Shown: positions 49,755 through 59,470, numbered from the stretch's first letter. The stretch: 60,889 nucleotides of DNA from Lachnospiraceae bacterium (GCA_024403335.1 JAKSSA010000008.1:1-60889); one strand, 5' to 3'. Numbers and translations: made by a program. The notes: a model not told the origin generated them from the letters alone.

Positions 49755-50843
49755 CTATGAAAAATAATAAATCAATAATGAAAGCAGAAAGGTTCCAACA
49801 GAAACTATACCTGTCCACATTCCAAAAAATTTCCAGTAAAGCTTCTTGTCCAAAGGCAGATTTCCAACAAATTTTCCTGTCTGTCCATTCATTGCAAAGG
49901 TAAAATTCTTATCGTTCCATTTTGTATTAAGTATCCACACAGGCAAAAGTGCATATTTCGCTTTGTTATGATTGCACTGGATTGACTTATTAAGTGTAAC
50001 TACGCTGTTATATCCGATAACTGTCCTTCTTAACATCATATCAGCTGTAAATTTCATACGTTCTGTAACAATATCTTTTACTTCTTCTTTAGTTACATCA
50101 TATTTGTCAGCGACATAGCCTGCAAGATATGCAGTCTGGAAGGGAACTACCTCATTATAATTAAAAGGTTCGATGGAATTCATCAAATCATCTGCCATTT
50201 TCTTCGAACCGTCAGCAGGAACATTTCTAAACTGCTGGAAGCCATCTCTTGAAACGGAATATGTGGTCGTTTCAGTATATCTGTATCTGCTATCAGACCA
50301 ATGTCTTACCTTTGTTGCCTTGTAATGTCCAAAATAAGATACATCTGAATCAAAGAGCCAGAAAGGAACATAAACTCCTATTACTTCCTCAATGTGGTTT
50401 TCATCCTTAAACACCTTAGGAAGCAGTTTTTTACCCATGAGATGTTTACTCATGCCATCAATTGCTGCCTGCTTATTTATTTTAAAAGGAATTATAGCAT
50501 CCGGCTTTAATCCGCCTGCAAACTGTCCCATAATTACAACATTATTTCCACAATATGGACATTGTGCTGCAGCCATATTCTCATCACCGATTATTTCACC
50601 ACCACAAGACTGACATACAAAAAGTCTCATTCCTGCTTTTTCGGAATCATTCCATTCAACAGTTTCTCCAAGGTCCCATTCAACCGAATCGGATTTTTCG
50701 GCTGCAAGTTCGTTATCAAATTTAAGCAATGCTTCCAATTCAAATTCAGAGTCACAATACGGACACTTCATTTTCTGCACATCGCTGTTGAATTCAATTG
50801 CACCGCCGCAGCAAGGGCACTTGTATTCCTGTAAGCCTGCCAT
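49755..50843 (-). CDS. zinc-ribbon protein with C-terminal TM anchor (YdjG-like)
   Basis: Four CxxC pairs in the first 100 aa (CPCCGG, CPYCDS, CQSCGG, CPYCGN). C-terminal hydrophobic helix. First gene of the three-gene operon. Confidence 0.55.
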   Translation of the reverse strand: MAGLQEYKCPCCGGAIEFNSDVQKMKCPYCDSEFELEALLKFDNELAAEKSDSVEWDLGETVEWNDSEKAGMRLFVCQSCGGEIIGDENMAAAQCPYCGNNVVIMGQFAGGLKPDAIIPFKINKQAAIDGMSKHLMGKKLLPKVFKDENHIEEVIGVYVPFWLFDSDVSYFGHYKATKVRHWSDSRYRYTETTTYSVSRDGFQQFRNVPADGSKKMADDLMNSIEPFNYNEVVPFQTAYLAGYVADKYDVTKEEVKDIVTERMKFTADMMLRRTVIGYNSVVTLNKSIQCNHNKAKYALLPVWILNTKWNDKNFTFAMNGQTGKFVGNLPLDKKLYWKFFGMWTGIVSVGTFLLSLLIYYFS

Positions 50844-51000
50844 ATAATCCTCCCATCGTTTTTAATAAGTATATATCAACACTCTTCCATAGCCAAATTA
50901 TAAAATCATTAAAAATCAGACTATAAGTTTTTTCATCTCAATTGCATTTCATCCTGATACTTATGAGAAGTATATTTTAGCACATAAGAAGGATAAAGAA

Positions 51001-51036
51001 AATACAAAAATAAAACGGATGGTTTTGAGCCATCCG
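51001..51036 (-). terminator. rho-independent terminator of the hybrid kinase gene
   Basis: CGGATGG (51016-51022) / CCATCCG (51030-51036). AAAAATAAAA upstream gives a U-tract on the minus transcript. Confidence 0.6.
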
Positions 51037-51042
51037 CCATAT

Positions 51043-53775
51043 TTACTCATGTTGCTTTTTATAAATCAGTGAAAGTATTTTCGTAATGTCTATGGGTTTG
51101 GACAAATATGCATCCATTCCTACCTTTTTACTTTCTTCTGCATCTGTATCGCTTAATTTTCCTGTCAAAGCAATAATCTGCACAGTCTTCGCATCTGCTC
51201 TGCCGGATTCACGAATAATCTTTGTTGCTTCAAAGCCATTCATGTTAGGCATAACAATATCCATCAAAATTACATCTATACTTCCAACTTCAGACTGCAT
51301 AAATTTGTCTACTGCTTCACTACCGTCGGTTGCCGAAACAACATTAAAATTACATTCTTCAAATAGATTTGCTGCAACGTCCCTATTAAGTTCGTTATCC
51401 TCTGCAACCAAAATCTTCATGCCCTTAAAATATTTCAAGTCAACCGGCAGCTCTTCGCTTTCTTCCTCTTTATTTGAAGAATAAGGAGATTTTGCTATTG
51501 TTACAGGGAATATGAGTGTAACTGTTGTTCCAACATTCTTTTCACTTTCAATCTTTATATGGCCACCAAGTAAATCCATCAAATCCTTTACAATCGCCAT
51601 TCCAAGACCATTATTGTCATTTCCGCCATTAGCTAAAGAATTTCCTCCGTTACGCTTGAAAGGCTCATAAATGCTTCTTAAGAAATCGACATCCATTCCT
51701 GCGCCATTATCTTTTACAACAATCCTGAAGCTGCAATGACTGTCATCAATCATTTCATTTTCAAAATGTAAGCATATTTTACCACCATCAGGAGTGAATT
51801 TAACGGCATTAGAAATAACATTAATAATCGCCTGGCGCATCTTGACAAGATCAGTATATACATAGCAGTTTCCTGCATCCTGATATGTAATTTCTTTCTT
51901 GATATCCCTTGTACCTATGTATGAATCCAAAGCAGCAATACAGTTTTCGGAAATATCACTTAAGTTTGTAACTTCTCTGCTTACTACAACTTTACCACTT
52001 TCAATCTTTGATAAATCAAGAATATCCTGAATAACCTTCAATATGTGATTTGAAGTGCTGTTGATGGTTTTTAAGCAGTATTCAACTCTTTCGCTGTCAC
52101 TTCCGTTTTCCAAGGCGATTCTGCTCAAGCCGGCAATTCCATTCAAAGGAGTTCTGATGTCATGTCCCATTCTGAAAAGGAAATCAAGCTTTGCCGCATT
52201 TGCCTCTTTAACTTTAATGTATGCATTTTCCAAAGAAGTAGCGACCTCAAGCTCATGTTTCTTTCTGTCATCAATGAGCATGGTGGTCCACAATGCCTCA
52301 GTAAGCTCTCCCCAATCATTTCTTTTATAGGCCACAAAGCTGATTTGAAGCCATCCATTTTCTTTACTCTTGCACTCCATTGAAAGAATGTTTGTATCCT
52401 TCATTCTTTCAGGCAAAGTATCTATATTAATATATTCAAGATATGCCTGACGCTGTGATTCTTCAATTACATTGTTTGAATTGTGAACCTCTATATTTCC
52501 TAAATCCGTTTCCTGAGGAAAAGAACCATTTGCATCAACAGATGCCTTCAAAAGCTTTGCTTTTTTTGTCACCAGATCAAGATGATACATTGTACGATAA
52601 ATATTCGACAATGAATCATAAAGATCCTTCATTTCGCGTTCCTTCTTCAAAGCAGCCAGCTCTGCAGCTCTGATGTCATCAATACTGCTGATAATTGTAG
52701 TAGCAATTACATGTCCTTCTGAATTTTTCTCAAGCAAAACAGTTTTTCTTCTGAAGCTGTTTCCATCTCCTAAAGAAAACTCAAATTCTACAGTATTAAT
52801 TCCTCTTTCAAAAGCCTCAATCAGTTTTGCAGGATAAGTGCTTTTTATATCAAATTTCGGATCAATCGGAACTATGTTATTATTTTTACTCCAGCTGTCA
52901 AGATAATCAGTCATTGAACATGGATATTCTATCGGAGTTCTTCCTAAAACCATGTCATCGCTTCTAAACATTGGTGCTTCGTCAATGGTATCAGAAGTTA
53001 CATCAGCAAAATAGCTGCATTCTGCTCTTAACAATAAAGCTTTTCTGTAATTCTTACCTTCAATTCTCAGATTATCAAGCTCTTTGGTAAATTCCATAGT
53101 CTGCTCTGTCGTAATCATCTGTGAATATACCGCAAGGCATGCAAAAGCAAAACCTGCAGTAAGTAAAGACACATTAACAACATATGCCTGGGCAAATGCG
53201 AACGCTGATGGAATAAGTCCAAACAATATCATCGGCTTTGCACGATACTGTTCCTTTTTATTCCCCATAAAGAGTTTCATAATAGCAACTGTTGCTATCA
53301 TAAAATACTCAATACCCTGCATTGCAAAGAATAAAATTCTTGCAGGCTGTATAACCGTATAATTAATACTGCTGCTGACAGTAAATAAGCTTTCATTAAA
53401 AATATTGAAAATAAGCAGAATAACCTGCACTGCAAAAAGCAAGTAGGCGACAATATATACTAACTTTTTATGCCATTCTCTTCCTTCACCAAGAATTCTT
53501 AAAGCAAACAAAATCGCCCCAAAAGCTGCGGCTGAGCTTAAGACATAGACAAGATAAGTCAATATCGCAAGCACAACTTTTCCGAAGTCCCATCTGGTTG
53601 AAGCAACCATACTCCAGATACCGTCAACTAAACAAAAGGCGATTGAAAAACTCAAAACATAAATATAATTACGTTTTGAAGCACTCTTATTCGTAATTTT
53701 AATTGTGTCCCATAAAATGATAGTCAGGACTACGCCACACAACAAGGCCATTTGGGCATACGCAGTACTAATCAT
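51043..53775 (-). CDS. hybrid sensor histidine kinase/response regulator with a multi-TM N-terminal sensor
   Basis: About 8 TM helices. H-box RMGHDIRTPLNGIAGL, HATPase G-boxes (DNGAGM, GLGMAIV) and a C-terminal receiver (KILVAEDNELN...ILMDIVMP). Confidence 0.85.
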   Translation of the reverse strand: MISTAYAQMALLCGVVLTIILWDTIKITNKSASKRNYIYVLSFSIAFCLVDGIWSMVASTRWDFGKVVLAILTYLVYVLSSAAAFGAILFALRILGEGREWHKKLVYIVAYLLFAVQVILLIFNIFNESLFTVSSSINYTVIQPARILFFAMQGIEYFMIATVAIMKLFMGNKKEQYRAKPMILFGLIPSAFAFAQAYVVNVSLLTAGFAFACLAVYSQMITTEQTMEFTKELDNLRIEGKNYRKALLLRAECSYFADVTSDTIDEAPMFRSDDMVLGRTPIEYPCSMTDYLDSWSKNNNIVPIDPKFDIKSTYPAKLIEAFERGINTVEFEFSLGDGNSFRRKTVLLEKNSEGHVIATTIISSIDDIRAAELAALKKEREMKDLYDSLSNIYRTMYHLDLVTKKAKLLKASVDANGSFPQETDLGNIEVHNSNNVIEESQRQAYLEYINIDTLPERMKDTNILSMECKSKENGWLQISFVAYKRNDWGELTEALWTTMLIDDRKKHELEVATSLENAYIKVKEANAAKLDFLFRMGHDIRTPLNGIAGLSRIALENGSDSERVEYCLKTINSTSNHILKVIQDILDLSKIESGKVVVSREVTNLSDISENCIAALDSYIGTRDIKKEITYQDAGNCYVYTDLVKMRQAIINVISNAVKFTPDGGKICLHFENEMIDDSHCSFRIVVKDNGAGMDVDFLRSIYEPFKRNGGNSLANGGNDNNGLGMAIVKDLMDLLGGHIKIESEKNVGTTVTLIFPVTIAKSPYSSNKEEESEELPVDLKYFKGMKILVAEDNELNRDVAANLFEECNFNVVSATDGSEAVDKFMQSEVGSIDVILMDIVMPNMNGFEATKIIRESGRADAKTVQIIALTGKLSDTDAEESKKVGMDAYLSKPIDITKILSLIYKKQHE

Positions 53776-53956
53776 AGTTTGCCCCTCTTTTCGTAAACTC
53801 CAGTACTTATGATTATCATTAGTAACACAAATACTATATATCTTTTTACAAAGTTCGTCAACAAATAATTAGTACATTGTACCTATTTCCCGATTTCTCC
53901 ACACTTTTCAAACAATTCACATCAAATGTTCACAAAAAGCAAATTAAAATCTCTTT

Positions 53957-55351
53957 TCATCTCTTCTTTTCGTAGGTATGAGTCCAGTCTGAGAACATAA
54001 GGAAACAGAAAAACACAATCGAGCTTAAAGTCCAGGTAATAGGATAAGCCAAACTGACAGTTCTGAAAACAGGCCAGATTTCAACTGCAATTGTTACATA
54101 AGCAACTCTCACGCCACACCAGAAAGCAAGCATTGTCGCCATTGGAACAACTGACTTTCCACAGCCTCGCATAACTCCCGCTGCGCAGTGTGAAAAAGCA
54201 AGCAGGAAGAAAGCTAAAGAGACAGTACTTGAATGTATTGTTCCAAATTCGATTGCCGCTTCGTTGTCTTCAAACAAACGCAAGAATGCAGGTGCTTTAA
54301 AGAATATGAGCACGCCGACTATCTCTGCCATAATCATGCCCGCAAAAATTCCAATTGCAGCGCCCTTTTTTGCTCTGTCAAACTTTTTAGCACCAAGGTT
54401 TTGGCTGATAAAAGTAGGAAGTGCCATGGAAATACAGTTTATTGGTAAAAATACCAAGCCTTCTATTTTCTGGTAAGCACCCATTCCTGACATAGCCGCA
54501 GCTTGGAATGCATTGATATTCTTCTGAACAGTCATGTTACCGATGGAAATAACTGAATTCTGTATACCGTTTGGAATTCCCTGAACGATAACTTCCTTCA
54601 TAATATCACCATGCCATTTAAGCTTTCCAAACTCAAGTCTTGTAAAGTCCTTTGCGCGTCTCATCTTTACAATGCAAAGAATTACGCTGACAAACTGTGT
54701 CACAACAGTTGCAAAGGCAGCACCCGAAACTCCCCAGCTGAAAACGATAACAAATAAACAATCCAATGCAACATTTAAAATTGCCGAGAAGGTCAGATAA
54801 ATCAAAGGACTGACTGAATCTCCGACAGATCTCATAATGGAAGTACACATGTTATACATTATGTTAGCAGAAATACCAAGAAACAGAATTCTTAAATATG
54901 TAAGCGAATATGGCATAACATCAGCCGGAGTAGCCATTATATTCAAAATTCCGGGCACTAATAAAGTTCCTGCAATAGTACAAAAAACCGATGCCAACAG
55001 CCCAAACAAAAAGTTAGTATGAATTGCAGCCGTAACTCTTTCAGTATTTTTAGCGCCGTAATACCTTGATATAACAACACCGCCACCTACTGAAACTCCG
55101 GCAAAAAAGCCAAAGAAAAAGAACATTATACTTCCGGCAGAACTAACAGCAGCAAATGCCTCGTCCTCCGCATAATGTCCTATTACCCATGCATCCCCAA
55201 GGTTATAAAGCTGCTGAAAAAGCTGACTTATAAAAATCGGAACACAAAATCTAAGTATTCCTCCGCTTATCGACCCCTGGGTCAAATCCATATTCGTTTT
55301 TAACTCAAATTTTTTCTCAGAACCAAATAATTTCATATCTACACCAAGCAC
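53957..55351 (-). CDS. MATE family efflux transporter
   Basis: 12-TM protein with MATE-type N-terminal motif (LFQQLYNLGDAWVIGH). The track start is a GTG. The first ATG, at 55336 (MKLFGSEKKF), is the likely alternative start. Confidence 0.8.
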   Translation of the reverse strand: MLGVDMKLFGSEKKFELKTNMDLTQGSISGGILRFCVPIFISQLFQQLYNLGDAWVIGHYAEDEAFAAVSSAGSIMFFFFGFFAGVSVGGGVVISRYYGAKNTERVTAAIHTNFLFGLLASVFCTIAGTLLVPGILNIMATPADVMPYSLTYLRILFLGISANIMYNMCTSIMRSVGDSVSPLIYLTFSAILNVALDCLFVIVFSWGVSGAAFATVVTQFVSVILCIVKMRRAKDFTRLEFGKLKWHGDIMKEVIVQGIPNGIQNSVISIGNMTVQKNINAFQAAAMSGMGAYQKIEGLVFLPINCISMALPTFISQNLGAKKFDRAKKGAAIGIFAGMIMAEIVGVLIFFKAPAFLRLFEDNEAAIEFGTIHSSTVSLAFFLLAFSHCAAGVMRGCGKSVVPMATMLAFWCGVRVAYVTIAVEIWPVFRTVSLAYPITWTLSSIVFFCFLMFSDWTHTYEKKR

Positions 55352-55375
55352 AATCCCTTACAACCGCACTATTCT

Positions 55376-55410
55376 AACAAAAAACTGCCCCTCTTTCAAG
55401 AAGCAGTTTT
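55376..55410 (-). terminator. rho-independent terminator ending the TetR-regulated operon
   Basis: AAAACTGC (55381-55388) / GCAGTTTT (55403-55410) stem. A6 upstream gives a U-tract on the minus transcript. Confidence 0.55.
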
Positions 55411-55426
55411 CAAATATTTTTCTTCG

Positions 55427-56215
55427 TTATTTTTCTATTTTATTTATGTGATACCAGGGAATCAAAGGCACTAAAATCGGTGTATGATCAGCATATGCGC
55501 GATATTCAGGCTTTGTACCATAGCGTGACTCATGTCCCTTTTCCAATCTCTTAGCACCATCATACATTACATAAACGATGCAGACATAACCGAAAATAAC
55601 TGCAATCCACTGCCATACATTCGCTAAAGAATTTATGCCTGATACAGTAACACCTGTCCAGACAAGAATTTCACCAAAATAGTTAGGGCATCTGCACATC
55701 TTGAAAAGTCCTTCGTTGGCTACCATGTCAGGATGAGCTTTTTTCTGAGCTGTTTTCTGAATATCTGCCAAAGCTTCGATTACTGCACCGATTAACATAA
55801 TCGCAATACCAGCATATAAACAGGCATCATCTGCTTTTCCATTCATCATACGGAAATGTAAGCCTGCTGTCTGACATACATAAAGAATACCGCAAAGAAT
55901 CCATACCGTAACTTTTACAAATACAGGAGGTTCTTTTCCAACCTTTTTATCAAGCACTTTTTTATAACCTGCATTCTTGGTTTCTCTGTAAAAAATGAAA
56001 ACTGCAAGTCTTAACCCGTAAAGAGTTAATACAATCAATCCAATGATAAGTCCTGCCGTAAGCATCCCATTAATGCCACCATAAACAAGTGAAAATACTC
56101 CGATTCCGGCAACTGCTAAAGCATATCCTATGGAAAGGAACCATACAAATCTCTTAAAGCCCATGCAGCTGCATACTAAGGCAACGCCTAATGCAATAAG
56201 TAAAAAAGTCATCAT
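55427..56215 (-). CDS. DUF1295 family membrane protein (steroid 5-alpha-reductase / polyprenol-reductase-like fold)
   Basis: Multi-TM protein. The C-terminal motif FKMCRCPNYFGEILVW resembles the RHPNYFGE signature of DUF1295 and 3-oxo-5-alpha-steroid 4-dehydrogenase-like enzymes. Confidence 0.5.
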   Translation of the reverse strand: MMTFLLIALGVALVCSCMGFKRFVWFLSIGYALAVAGIGVFSLVYGGINGMLTAGLIIGLIVLTLYGLRLAVFIFYRETKNAGYKKVLDKKVGKEPPVFVKVTVWILCGILYVCQTAGLHFRMMNGKADDACLYAGIAIMLIGAVIEALADIQKTAQKKAHPDMVANEGLFKMCRCPNYFGEILVWTGVTVSGINSLANVWQWIAVIFGYVCIVYVMYDGAKRLEKGHESRYGTKPEYRAYADHTPILVPLIPWYHINKIEK

Positions 56216-57117
56216 TTCTTCTCTGCCTCCTCTTTTGCTTTCATTTCTGCTTCGATTCTTTCAGCATAAGACTTTCCGGCAATATATTCCTTAAAGCTCT
56301 TTCCGGGAACTTCGGTATCACCATAGCAGTCCTTAACCAAAGTAAACTTTGAGAACTTGATTACATCGGATTTTCCTGCCTTTTTAATCTTAGGCAAATG
56401 AGAAAGCACATCCATCATAAATACAGGAACATACTTAACAGGTCCGTTAGTAACACCATCTGCATTGTAAAACATTTCTGCAATCTGTTTATAAGTATAG
56501 GTTTCTGTACCACCAATATTGTAGGTTTTATTCTTGTCGCACATGGTCTTAATAATGTAATCTGCAAAATCCTTTGTATCAATTACATTAGCCTTAGGCT
56601 CGTTCTTTACCTTAAGAAGCTGCACTGACTGTTTCTTAATCATAGGCCAGAAAACATGAGCTATATCATAAAAATAGCCTGTAGGACGATAGATTACATA
56701 ATCAAGTCCTGACTTTTTCAATTCCTCTTCAAGCATGAACTTTGATTCAACCATGGGAATGCCCTTGCCATCATGCGCATTGATTACGGAAATGTAGTCA
56801 AACTGCTTAACTCTAGCTTCTTTAGCTGCATTAATCAAATTTAAGTTTCCCTTGAAATCAATATCCCAATTTGTAAAACGTGTTGATGCACCTGTCAAAC
56901 CAATTGTTGTAATAACAACATCAGCATTATCACAAAGTCCCTTCAGGGTTTCAGGCTTGGTTACATCAATTGAAACTGCAGTAAATCTGCTCCTGTCAAC
57001 ATCCTCAGGAATTCTCATAACAGCATCTGCTGCAACAATTTCATGCTCTGTTTCACAAAGTGCTCTTAAAATGTCACTTCCGAGTTTACCGAATGCACCG
57101 GCCAATACTACTTTCAT
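56212..57117 (-). CDS. NmrA-like / atypical SDR NAD(P)-binding protein
   Basis: N-terminal Rossmann motif VVLAGAFGKLG. Start chosen at MKVVLAG (57117) behind GGAGGA. The track start is 57129. Confidence 0.6.
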   Translation of the reverse strand: MKVVLAGAFGKLGSDILRALCETEHEIVAADAVMRIPEDVDRSRFTAVSIDVTKPETLKGLCDNADVVITTIGLTGASTRFTNWDIDFKGNLNLINAAKEARVKQFDYISVINAHDGKGIPMVESKFMLEEELKKSGLDYVIYRPTGYFYDIAHVFWPMIKKQSVQLLKVKNEPKANVIDTKDFADYIIKTMCDKNKTYNIGGTETYTYKQIAEMFYNADGVTNGPVKYVPVFMMDVLSHLPKIKKAGKSDVIKFSKFTLVKDCYGDTEVPGKSFKEYIAGKSYAERIEAEMKAKEEAEKK

Positions 57118-57129
57118 ATTATCCTCCAA

Positions 57130-57741
57130 TTATGCATTTTTTACTAAAGTTTTATGAATCGATATTGTTCCCAAAAGAAAAGCTCCCATGGAAACAATGT
57201 TTGTAAGCTGCGCAATCCAATGCATATTGCTTGAATTGTCAAATTTTGCGCCTAAATATCCCATTGCAAACATTGCCACAAAAGCAACTGCAAGATAGTA
57301 AGGTGCCTTCTTATTGCCATTTTTAATACTGAAAATTGTAAGTGAGACATGTGCTCCACCAAGTCCAAGTATCTGCATAACTATAAATGGCAGTGTTCCT
57401 GTAAATACCAAAGGTGCAGCTGAGTAAGCTTTAACATTCTTATCCTTTGTATAAAACAAACCTAAAAGTCCGGCAAAGAAAATAAGGAAACCGGGGCCTT
57501 GCATAGGGAAAAAGGAATGATCAAGCAATACATAATCACAGACATTAAGCGCATATAAAGCCTTCCATAAAGCCTTGAAAAAGCCACCCACCAAAACCAT
57601 AATCGAACCTGCGGCAAGTAAAGAATATGCGCCTTTAACAAGCTTGTCATACAAATCTCTTTGAAGAATTACAGCAGCTATAAAGAAAAGAACAACGGGG
57701 ATGAAATCAACGATTGCCATCCATACTGTAATACCCTGCAT
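57130..57741 (-). CDS. hypothetical integral membrane protein (about 6 TM)
   Basis: Hydrophobicity pattern only. Its start codon shares a nucleotide with the upstream gene's stop. Confidence 0.4.
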   Translation of the reverse strand: MQGITVWMAIVDFIPVVLFFIAAVILQRDLYDKLVKGAYSLLAAGSIMVLVGGFFKALWKALYALNVCDYVLLDHSFFPMQGPGFLIFFAGLLGLFYTKDKNVKAYSAAPLVFTGTLPFIVMQILGLGGAHVSLTIFSIKNGNKKAPYYLAVAFVAMFAMGYLGAKFDNSSNMHWIAQLTNIVSMGAFLLGTISIHKTLVKNA

Positions 57742-58679
57742 TATTTTCTACTCTCCTTCTCAGCTCTTCGCTTGTCATTGATAATTTTTACATGTTCATC
57801 ATCAATAAGTGTAACATTGTTTTCCTTAGCCCATGCAACACAGCCGTTTAAAACTGTCTTAAGGAAAGGACGGGGAACCTTTACAAAGTTCTTTAAAGCT
57901 GCATCGGTAAATTTAACCTCAGCATCTATTCTGTCTGCAGCATATCTTATAGAGCCCAAATCTACTTCCTTTGGAGCAGGAATAGGTTCAGCTACAGGCT
58001 TTGTAAGCTTAGGGAACTTTGTATACCAGAAATTAGTTGAATCACGATAACCGTAATCTACAGGTACAGGAGGGAAATCTCCCTTCTTAACGCCATTTAC
58101 AATTGCATTATAGTACTGCTCCTTCATGAGAATTTTATCAATATAAAGGATTAAATGAGCACCATACTTTGATGTAATACCATTGAAGTTGTTGTAAGGT
58201 CCGGGATGTCCGTCATCAATATCATCAACATTAAACTTGGTTGCATCCTCTAAATCCGCTGCCCAGGTACACTCAAATACCTGATATGCTGACTTGATAA
58301 CCATAGGTCTGTTCTTATCATCAGGATCTGCCTGACCTAATTCCATTTCAAAAGCAAGATCTTTCATTTTTTCAGCTGAGGGACCCGGATATCCAAGTCT
58401 TACAGCTTCCTTAAAGCTTGCCTTGTCATCTGTGATAAAGTTGATTGCACATTTGTGTGTTCTCATTACATTCTGGCAGGTGTTAGATGTGTTTCTGCAT
58501 TCAAGTAACATTGCATAACGGTCTTTTCCTGCAATGTAATAAGGGAAGCAAAGTGAATATGATCCAATATTCAAGCTTCCGTCAGGATTTACAGATGATA
58601 CACACACTGTTGGCATTGGAAAAAATGATGATGTCTGGTAGAAATTATCTACCACTCTTAAATCCTTAAAACTACTCAT
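57741..58679 (-). CDS. flavin-reductase-like (FMN-binding split-barrel) domain protein with C-terminal extension of about 110 aa
   Basis: The N-terminal half resembles the flavin-reductase-like domain (PMPTVCVSSVNPDGSLNIGSYS, compare PV.LV.T...G..N...fs). The C-terminal extension matches nothing known. Confidence 0.45.
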   Translation of the reverse strand: MSSFKDLRVVDNFYQTSSFFPMPTVCVSSVNPDGSLNIGSYSLCFPYYIAGKDRYAMLLECRNTSNTCQNVMRTHKCAINFITDDKASFKEAVRLGYPGPSAEKMKDLAFEMELGQADPDDKNRPMVIKSAYQVFECTWAADLEDATKFNVDDIDDGHPGPYNNFNGITSKYGAHLILYIDKILMKEQYYNAIVNGVKKGDFPPVPVDYGYRDSTNFWYTKFPKLTKPVAEPIPAPKEVDLGSIRYAADRIDAEVKFTDAALKNFVKVPRPFLKTVLNGCVAWAKENNVTLIDDEHVKIINDKRRAEKESRK

Positions 58680-58724
58680 AATATACCCCCACTAAAAATA
58701 TTATTTTTACCGGTTTGCCGGTTT

Positions 58725-59252
58725 TTATACAAGAAACTGCAATAAAAGTTTTAAATGCTCCTTTGTCAGATGATCCTGTAAAATACAGGAAAGCATAATT
58801 TCAACCAGTACTGCGCAAAGAGGTTTAAGTCTTTCTTCATTGGTTTTTTCAATCAGAAGGATTACTCTCTGGCTCATCTGTTCTCTGACTAAAGAGCCAT
58901 ATTTTCCAATATAGCTTGAAGCCTTTTCCTGATTACGATACTGACTCCAGATTGGTTCATACTTAACTACAAACTCTCTCACGACATCACACATACTAAG
59001 AAGTCCGTTCACAAAGTCAGTCTGTTTTTCTGCTTCCTTTTCCACTGAAGTCATGGTGACATTCCAGTCATTAAGCATAAGCTCTGCCATAATCATGTCT
59101 GTTCCGTCAAAATAATTGTATAAAGTTCCAACCGCAATATTACATTCCTTTGCTATTTCTCTTGCTGTAAAGCCCTTGTAACCTTTTTTAGCTAAAATCA
59201 AAGCTGATTTAGTAAGAATATCTTCTCTTACATTTGGAATAATTTTTGGCAT
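58725..59252 (-). CDS. TetR/AcrR family transcriptional regulator
   Basis: N-terminal HTH KGYKGFTAREIAKECNIAVGTLYNYF. 175 aa. RBS AGAGAGGT. Confidence 0.8.
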   Translation of the reverse strand: MPKIIPNVREDILTKSALILAKKGYKGFTAREIAKECNIAVGTLYNYFDGTDMIMAELMLNDWNVTMTSVEKEAEKQTDFVNGLLSMCDVVREFVVKYEPIWSQYRNQEKASSYIGKYGSLVREQMSQRVILLIEKTNEERLKPLCAVLVEIMLSCILQDHLTKEHLKLLLQFLV

Positions 59253-59280
59253 ATGTACCTCTCTTTACTATAATTTTAAT

Positions 59281-59321
59281 ATGAACCATGTTCATTATAT
59301 CATACAAATCATTTATGTCAA
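59281..59321 (-). promoter_or_regulatory. promoter TTGACA-16-TATAAT (minus strand) with a 15-bp palindromic operator ATGAAC-N3-GTTCAT at the transcription start
   Basis: -35 at forward 59316-59321 (tgtcaa) and -10 at forward 59294-59299 (attata). The palindrome at 59281-59295 is immediately downstream of the -10 on the tetR side. Confidence 0.5.
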
Positions 59322-59442
59322 TCTTTTTCTGAATGCCGTTCATTTAATTCAAATAAAACGGCCTCTTGCCATTCATTTAATATAGACATTTCTCAAAAAC
59401 CATAATTAAGCCCATCTTTTTAAAGTGTATTTGCTTTTCGCA

Positions 59443-59470
59443 CAAAAAACAGCTGTGATAACACAGCTGC
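59443..59470 (-). terminator. rho-independent terminator downstream of the esterase gene
   Basis: CAGCTGTG ataa CACAGCTG is a perfect stem. A6 at 59445-59450 gives a U-tract on the minus transcript. Confidence 0.6.
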
